NCBI GenBank assembly: GCA_001179505.1
Contig: CDMY01000918.1
Location: 1 to 10,564, forward strand
From: Vitrella brassicaformis CCMP3155
Taxonomy: Eukaryota > Protista > Chromerida
Direction of reading: 5' to 3'
Length of the DNA: 10,564 nt
The position numbers and the translations under genes were made by a program. Positions 1 to 6,141 of the stretch are shown here, piece by piece; positions within the stretch are counted from its first letter, which is position 1; every line of letters starts with the position of its first letter. The notes beneath the pieces were generated by a model. That model ran no database searches, was not told the DNA's origin, and saw nothing but the letters and a program-made list of their open reading frames with translations.

Positions 1-27
1 CCCATCCAAGCACACCCACCCACCCCA
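1..27 (+). repeat. Terminal direct repeat, left copy (cccatccaagcacacccacccacccca)
   Basis: Exact 27-nt match to 10538-10564. Confidence 0.97.
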
Positions 28-102
28 CCGACAGCCAGACACGCCATACCAGCTCACATGTGCTGTCTGTGCTCATGTGGTGTGCAATGCATTGCAATTC
101 AG

Positions 103-987
103 AAAGTGCCGCGCCACGACCCATTCAAAGGTACCCAACAAACACACCAATCAATCAGCAACATCATGATGTGTATACCGTATGTGTGTGTGTGTGTGTT
201 CAGATTTCCGTCCGTTCCATCTGTCGATGTACGCCAAGCGGCCGCCATGGGAGAAGTTTGAGGAAATCTACAAGGCAGGCCATTGCACTGCACGCCACAC
301 ATCGAAGCATACACATGATGACCTGCTCTGTGTGTGCGTGTGTCAGGACGACGAGCCGCTTGAAGAGGAGGAAGACCTGCAGGCGCTCGAAGACATCAGA
401 AATGCACTCGATGTGAGGGAAGCGAACGAAGGGTCATGACACGTCCCTTCCTGCATGTGTGTCGACTCCACCTCCTGTCTGCATGTCCGTGTGTGTCTTT
501 CGTCGATCCATCAGGAGAGGGAGACGCTGCACACGGCGGACTTTGACGTGATTGACGACACGGGCGAGCTGAGATCGAGGTCACTCAGCGACATTGCACG
601 AGGTGGGTGCATGAAGATACCGACACCCAAACCCCCATCCATCCATCCATCCAGCCACACGCACACCTGTACGTGTCGGTATGTTGCCGTGTCTTTTTCA
701 GGTTCGTCATCTGCTGATGGGTACCTCTCAGCCCGCCACAGCCGAGACGATGAGGCCGACAATGAGGAGGAAGCCGGCGATGACGAGCAAGAGGCAAGCG
801 ACACTCACCATACACACACACACACACACACACGAATGCGTTGGCCGGACCAATGGGTGCATTGCATGTGTCTGTGTGTGTGCAGGGTGACGAAGGCGAC
901 CTGGGTGATGAAGGTTTGTCGGGCGATGAGGATGCGGACGAAGACATCGAGGATGCCGCCACGCTGCCACCTATCGACCGGACATAG
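103..987 (+). CDS. Gene A, 3' half: hypothetical protein with acidic C-terminal tail; exons 103-130, 204-274, 347-412, 515-602, 702-793, 886-987
   Basis: Hand splicing at AG acceptors and GT/GC donors keeps phase throughout. Translation: KVPRHDPFKDFRPFHLSMYAKRPPWEKFEEIYKDDEPLEEEEDLQALEDIRNALDERETLHTADFDVIDDTGELRSRSLSDIARGSSSADGYLSARHSRDDEADNEEEAGDDEQEGDEGDLGDEGLSGDEDADEDIEDAATLPPIDRT, then TAG at 985-987. No family recognised. Confidence 0.8.
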
Positions 988-1326
988 GCTGGATGGAACC
1001 AATCGTGTCTTCTGCATGATCACGCGTGTGTTAAACTTTGTCGTGTTCGTGGATGATACGCGACCCGATGCTGGCTGCGAAGAGCCCGTATGCAGTGCGT
1101 GTGTCATAATCGCGTCTGTCACTGTCCTCTCCGGTCTTTCCATGATGTCAACTCGACGGCGAGATTTCGCGATGAGACGGCGACACCACCGATTCACAGA
1201 ATTTGAGGTCCAGTTTTCACATTTCCGTCCGCGTTTGGCTTCCCAGCCTTCCTTCAGCCACAGATCCTTCATTTCTTTTTCTTTTCGCCTGGTTGTTGGC
1301 TTACGCAACACGCCTCATCCCCTTCC

Positions 1327-2533
1327 ATGCCTCCCAGCTCGTCCGGATGCCCTGCGTGTCTTCCTTCCTCCACCGCCGTGCCCCGGGCAAGGCGACAGCA
1401 GGTGGCGTCTCGCCTTCTGCCAAGCGACTGCTCCCTGGTGTCAGCAGAGGGCCCGCGCACCTTCCTCCCGCTCCAACGAGACCTCCATCAGGTTGGGATG
1501 GAGTGCCAATGGAGTGGTGTTTGGATGATAGGGATGAATGTATGATGTATTTTGTTGCTGTGTGTATGCTCATGTGTCTTCTTTCGTCATGTCTGTCTGC
1601 AGGCGAAACGGTCCTTTTCTCGATCTCAGAAGGTTGGCACAAGTGTCGAGACTGCACACTTCAATGTCTTTGTTGGCTGCTGTTCAGACGTGCGACCCCT
1701 TAGGAGCCACAGGAAGGAGACGAGCACGAGGAGGAAGGAGAAGAACACGAGGTGGATGGCATGGACGCACTACATATAATGCAATGACATGCACTCACCA
1801 ACGAGGGAGGGAGGGAGGGTCTTGAAAAGGAGGGGGAAAGCACCTCTCTCTTTCCTCTCTCTCGTTCCCTCTTTCGATTTCTCAAGTGCATGTGGCACGT
1901 GCCAGAAACATCGGCTGTTTATGCGCGTATGTGTGCTGAAACTGTTTTCTTCTTCCATCCCGTCTCTTGTCTCGACTTTGCCATGGCTGGCAGAGGGAGG
2001 GCACATGTATCTGTATGTGTTTGTGTTTGTGTGTGTCGTGCACGGCCATCCCGCCGCCTGCCAATCGCCGGCCGGCCGGTCGGTCGGCGAGGCGGATCTA
2101 GACTGCTGTGTCTTTTCGTGCTATACAGTATTCGCAAGTAAGGCACTCATTGGAGTGATTTCAACGCAGCAAGGGGAGGAGGAGGGGTGAGGGATTCCTG
2201 TATGGACAATCGGTCGGCTGCATGTCTGAGGTCCATGGGCATGGCCTTTTTTTTTCCACCAACCGGGCTGCCTGCACGCTCTTTTCGGGGAGGGAAATCA
2301 CCAACTCTTCTTCTTTTTGTCGCACTTGTCGGTCACTTTTCACTCCACCTCACCCGTGCTTCGTTCGTGTTTGTGTTTTGTGTCTGTCTGTCTGTCTGGT
2401 TGGTTGGCTAGCTGGCTGCGTCATGGGACAGTGGGACACCATCGTTGTACGTGGGGACACGGAAGACCTAGACACAACGTCAGGACTTCCGTCTGTATAC
2501 TACACAGACCAGCCACCACGCACACACACACCG
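1327..2533 (+). other. Possible degenerate or unresolved multi-exon + strand transcript
   Basis: Acceptor/donor-like pairs: donor 1492, acceptor 1602, donor 1752, and an exon-like segment 2432-2533 (WDTIVVRGDTEDLDTTSGLPSVYYTDQPPRTHTP, then GTATGT). No unique reading frame could be fixed. Confidence 0.25.
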
Positions 2534-2541
2534 GTATGTGA

Positions 2542-3003
2542 TTCACAGCCAGAAGATATAAAATGTAGGCTGCTGTAGTGAGTGTGCGCTATGGGTGGAC
2601 GGATGGATGGCTGGATGGATGGGCGAGGGACGTCGCCGGACTGACGTGCATGCGGGACGGAGGGAGACTAGGACTGGCTGTGGCTGGGTGTAATGGATGG
2701 ATAAATGGCATGACCGCAATACACACGTACGTGGTAGCCAGACCCCGATGGGGTGTGCAGGGATTCTCCTTCGTACGCTGGCTGATTGAATAGCATAGGG
2801 CGACCACACACACACACACAGAGTGGGAGAGGGAGGGGGGACAGCGACCAGAAATGACACAACAGGGGAAAAGGGAGAGGGTGACAGGCAGGAGCAGCAA
2901 ATAAGGGGCAGCCTGCGACTGGTGCTGATGTTGTTGGTGGTGAGATGGGCGGAGGATTGCGAACTGCAATCGCTACCTACATTTTATATCTTCTGGCTGT
3001 GAA
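2542..3003. mobile_element. 462-bp segment bounded by 28-bp perfect inverted repeats (MITE-like or foldback; no clear TSD)
   Basis: ttcacagccagaagatataaaatgtagg (2542-2569) is the exact reverse complement of cctacattttatatcttctggctgtgaa (2976-3003). The repeat is AT-rich against a GC-rich background. The inverted repeat is certain; the mobile-element identity is inference. Confidence 0.5.
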
Positions 3004-3010
3004 ATTATCG

Positions 3011-3099
3011 TCATGCTCTTTTGTCTGCGCTTTGTTGACTGAAATTCTTGTGAGAGAGGACGCCGTCGTCGTTTTCCAATCCATCTGTGTCTTCAATCA
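3011..3099 (-). pseudogene. Orphan terminal-exon-like fragment (VIEDTDGLENDDGVLSHKNFSQQSADKRA*)
   Basis: Acceptor ...gtcacacAG at 3101-3100, then an open frame to TGA at 3013-3011. No upstream exons identified. Confidence 0.25.
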
Positions 3100-3190
3100 C
3101 TGTGTGACAGACACTGTATGATTCGACAGGCTGAGCTCCGACAACACACACAACTTTTGACAGCCACCACACAAACACCCATAAACCACA

Positions 3191-3459
3191 CGACGATGAA
3201 GAACAAGAGGCAAGCGACACTCACCATACACACACAGACACGCGAATGCGTTGGCCGGACCAATGGGTGTATTGCCTGTGTGTGTCTGTGTGTGTGCAGG
3301 GAGACGAAGGTCTGTCAGGCAATGAGGATCCGGAAGAAGACATAGATGATGCGGACGAAGACATCGAGGATGCCGCCGTCTTGCCACCTGTCGAGAGAAC
3401 ATAAGCTTCCATCGTGTGCTCTGTAGGATTGTCTGCGCGTGTGTGTGTTTGTCGTGTTC
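3191..3459 (+). pseudogene. 5'-truncated paralogous copy of the end of gene A (penultimate exon end, last intron, last exon, start of 3' UTR)
   Basis: Aligns to ~776-1048. Reads DDEEQE|gcaagcgacactcacc...gtgcag|GDEGLSGNEDPEEDIDDADEDIEDAAVLPPVERT with TAA at 3402-3404. The GC donor (3210) is conserved, and the 3' UTR similarity (tttgtcgtgttcg) continues. Confidence 0.85.
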
Positions 3460-3821
3460 GACCTGGTGTGCTTTCTGCGCATAGCCCATATGCGATGCTT
3501 GAGTCATCCAGCGATAGCACAGCTGGACAGCACGAACTCGTCTCTCTGTCTGATGGGGTGTGCTATGTCACACGATGACATTGAAAGCCAACACAAATCA
3601 CATGAAAGCACGGCCTCTGTGTCTCAAGCATGGACCGGAGAAGCTCGCCACAGACAGACCACTGCCGATGAAGGCCGCATCCAATACACTAGTAGACAGT
3701 GTGACACCGTAGACAGACAGGCTGTCCCCGAGCCCCATCCACCTAGAGATACGATGCGAGTCCATCAGTCAGGGTCTAAACGATCAGACAGACAACCATC
3801 AGGCGAGGGAGGAGAGAACAA

Positions 3822-3944
3822 ACAGACAGACAGACAGACAGACAGCCAGCTTGGGCAGCCAGACAGCCAGACAGACAGACAGACAGAGAGACAGACGGAC
3901 GCGGACAGACGGACGCGGACAGACGGACGCGGACAGACGGACAG
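3822..3944 (+). repeat. (GACA)n microsatellite followed by a 14-bp minisatellite (acagacggacgcgg x ~3.7)
   Basis: Units at 3891-3904, 3905-3918 and 3919-3932, with a partial unit at 3933-3944; GACA tracts at 3822-3890. Confidence 0.9.
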
Positions 3945-4411
3945 CCACGGCAGGCAGGTAGGCATTGATTCCACGCAATTCGCCCAACCCAATCAATAGA
4001 TGGATGCACCCACCCAGTGCATGCGATGAGTGAAATGCAGCGCCATGCAGAGGGATGGGATGGCATGCAATGTGGTGTGGTGTGGTGTGGCGTGGTAGTA
4101 TGTATGGTGTGTGAGCTACCCTGTCTGTCTGTCTGTCTGTCGGTCGGTCGGTCGGTCTGTCTGCCATCGACCCACCCATCCCGTCCGCCCCTATCGAAGC
4201 ATACGTACCATAGGTGTCACTCAGGCATGCGCCAACAAACCAAGACACACACACGGAGAAATATATCACCACCCGACGGCCCCTGATACACACACAAACA
4301 CATATAGCGAAGACAGACAGACAGACAGACGGACGGACATGAGTGCATGAAAGGCGACGCTCGACGTGTGCACTTGTCTGACATTGACATACGTACCTGG
4401 TATGTGGATCG

Positions 4412-6117
4412 TCATTTGGCCTTGGCCTTACTCTTAGCCTTGGCCTTGCCTGCAGTCACAAGAAAGACAGAAACACACCACACAAACAAAGGACGCACTC
4501 ACGTGTGAGGGAGTAGGTCGGTGGCTGGGGGGGTAGGGGCGCACCTTTGGCTTTGGCTTTGGCTTTGGCCTTGCCCTTGGCCGCCGCCTTGGGCTTCTTG
4601 GTGCTGGGCTTGCGAACGCTCTGCGCACGCAGGGATACAGGCGGGTCAACACACGACACACACAAAACAGGACAACATAACATAACATGTGCGGTTAAAG
4701 GCCCCTGTGGCATGGTGTGGCTGACGTGTGCGTGTCCATGTGTCCGCCCGTACCGCCTTGGCCTTGTTGGCGGCAGCCGTCTTGGGTTTGGCCCCAGCGC
4801 GGGTCTTCTTGACAGCCTTCGCTTTGGCCTTGGCAGCAGGGGCAGCCCCAGCCTCAACTCCAGTATCTGACACACACACACACACGCACAGACAGAGAGA
4901 GAGAGAGACATGTCTGGGGTGATTGAGGAGGCGGCGTCCGTGTGTGCGTGTGTGGTATGGTGGTGTGTGGTGTGGTATGTGGTTTGTGTGGCGTGGGTAC
5001 CCTCAGCCGCGGCCTTGGGTTTCTTGGGTGCGGCCTTCTTGGCAGCGCCAACCACGTTCATGTTGAACTTGTACGATGCCTTGATCTGCACACAACACAC
5101 AACACACCAACACACGCCACACGTCGAGATGCACCCACCACACCATCACACCACACCATTGTCACCTACCCTCCCCCCTGTGGACGCGGTGCATATGTGT
5201 GTAAGTTTCTTACCTTGATGAGTTTCTTGGCTTCGGTCATCCGCTTGAGTGAGCTGCTGAGGTGGTACTTGGTGCGTCCGTCCTCGAAGTCGAGGGCGTA
5301 GTTGGCCTGGATGAACTTCTTGATGGCAAACAGGCTGCTGCCTGACCGGTCCTTGAGTGTGCCGATGGCCTCCTTGATCATCTCCTCATACGAAGGGTGC
5401 TTCGGGGCAGCACGCGCCTCGCCACCACAACACTTGGCCTTGCCCTTCCCCTTCGCCTTGCCCTTCGCCTCCTCCTCAGCTGAATGGTCAAGACAGACAC
5501 ATACAGACGGACATGAGGGTGTCATTCAACGAGTGGGTGGATGCGTTCATGTGTGTAAGTTGTCTCTGACCTGAGGACTTCTGCGCCGCTTTGCGGTGAG
5601 GGCGACCACCAGCAGTTGCTGCTGCTGCGGCGGCTGCGGCGGGAGCCTCCTCTGCCTCCTCGGCTTGCTCAGCGGCTGGCGGTGCTTCGGGAGCCTCGGG
5701 ACTTGGAGCCTCCCCCTCCCCATCCTCAACGCCCTCAGCAGGCTGCTCGACCTGCTCCCCGCCGCCCTCAGCCCCCTCCTCTCCCTCCCCAGCAGCCTCC
5801 TGCACGGCCTGCTCGGCGGCTGGCGGTGCCTCGGGAGCCTCGGGAACCTCCTGGCATGGCTCAAGAAGGGGAGGAGCCTGTGGGGGTAGTAGGTGCTCCT
5901 CCTCTGGAGGGGCCGCAGGCGCCATCTCTTGGTCCTCGTCCTCCTCTTGAGCAGCAGGGGGCGGTGGTGGTGGCGAAGGTGGTACAGCCATCTCCTCGTC
6001 GCCCGCTGGCGGGGCAACAGCAGCAGCGGCAGTGGCCCCGTCAACGGCCACGGCAGGCGGGGCCGTCATCGGTGCGGGGGGCGGCAACTGCGGCTCCTCT
6101 GCCTCCGCCTCGGCCAT
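4412..6117 (-). CDS. H1: Linker histone H1-family protein: acidic Pro/Ala N-region, H15 globular domain, Lys/Ala tail; 374 aa if started at ATG 6117; exons 6117-5571, 5479-5214, 5085-5001, 4866-4754, 4620-4545, 4449-4412
   Basis: All five introns are GT-AG and phase-consistent. The globular domain HPSYEEMIKEAIGTLKDRSGSSLFAIKKFIQANYALDFEDGRTKYHLSSSLKRMTEAKKLIK|IKASYKF matches the H1/H5 consensus (HP.y..Mi..AI..Lk.r.GSS..AI.K.i...y ... K.S.K.). The tail AAKKAAPKKPKAA...KAKAKSKAKAK ends at TGA 4414-4412. The start codon is uncertain (see readthrough finding). Confidence 0.92.
5065..5399 (-). other. H1/H5 winged-helix globular domain, split by intron 5213-5086
   Basis: Motif from HPSYEEMI to IKASYKF, recognised by eye from the consensus. 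Confidence 0.9.
5663..5845 (-). repeat. Two 39-bp coding repeats encoding PEAPEAPPAAEQA (5663-5701 and 5807-5845)
   Basis: Direct alignment shows 3 mismatches. Confidence 0.9.
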
Positions 6118-6141
6118 GTCGACGTCGGCTAGTGCGGGCTG

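Noticed and set aside
455-1528. 357-aa + strand ORF from the ORF track
   Set aside because: It reads through microsatellite introns (HTHTHT, CVCVC) and past gene A's real spliced stop at 987.
2544-2569. CACAG-starting repeat as a Transib/RAG RSS-like or CACTA terminus
   Set aside because: The heptamer is CACAGCC rather than CACAGTG, and there is no nonamer, no matching TSD and no transposase.
3439-4350. ORFs rich in DRQT, LSVC and CVC repeats
   Set aside because: They are translations of GACA/TGTC and CA/TG microsatellites.
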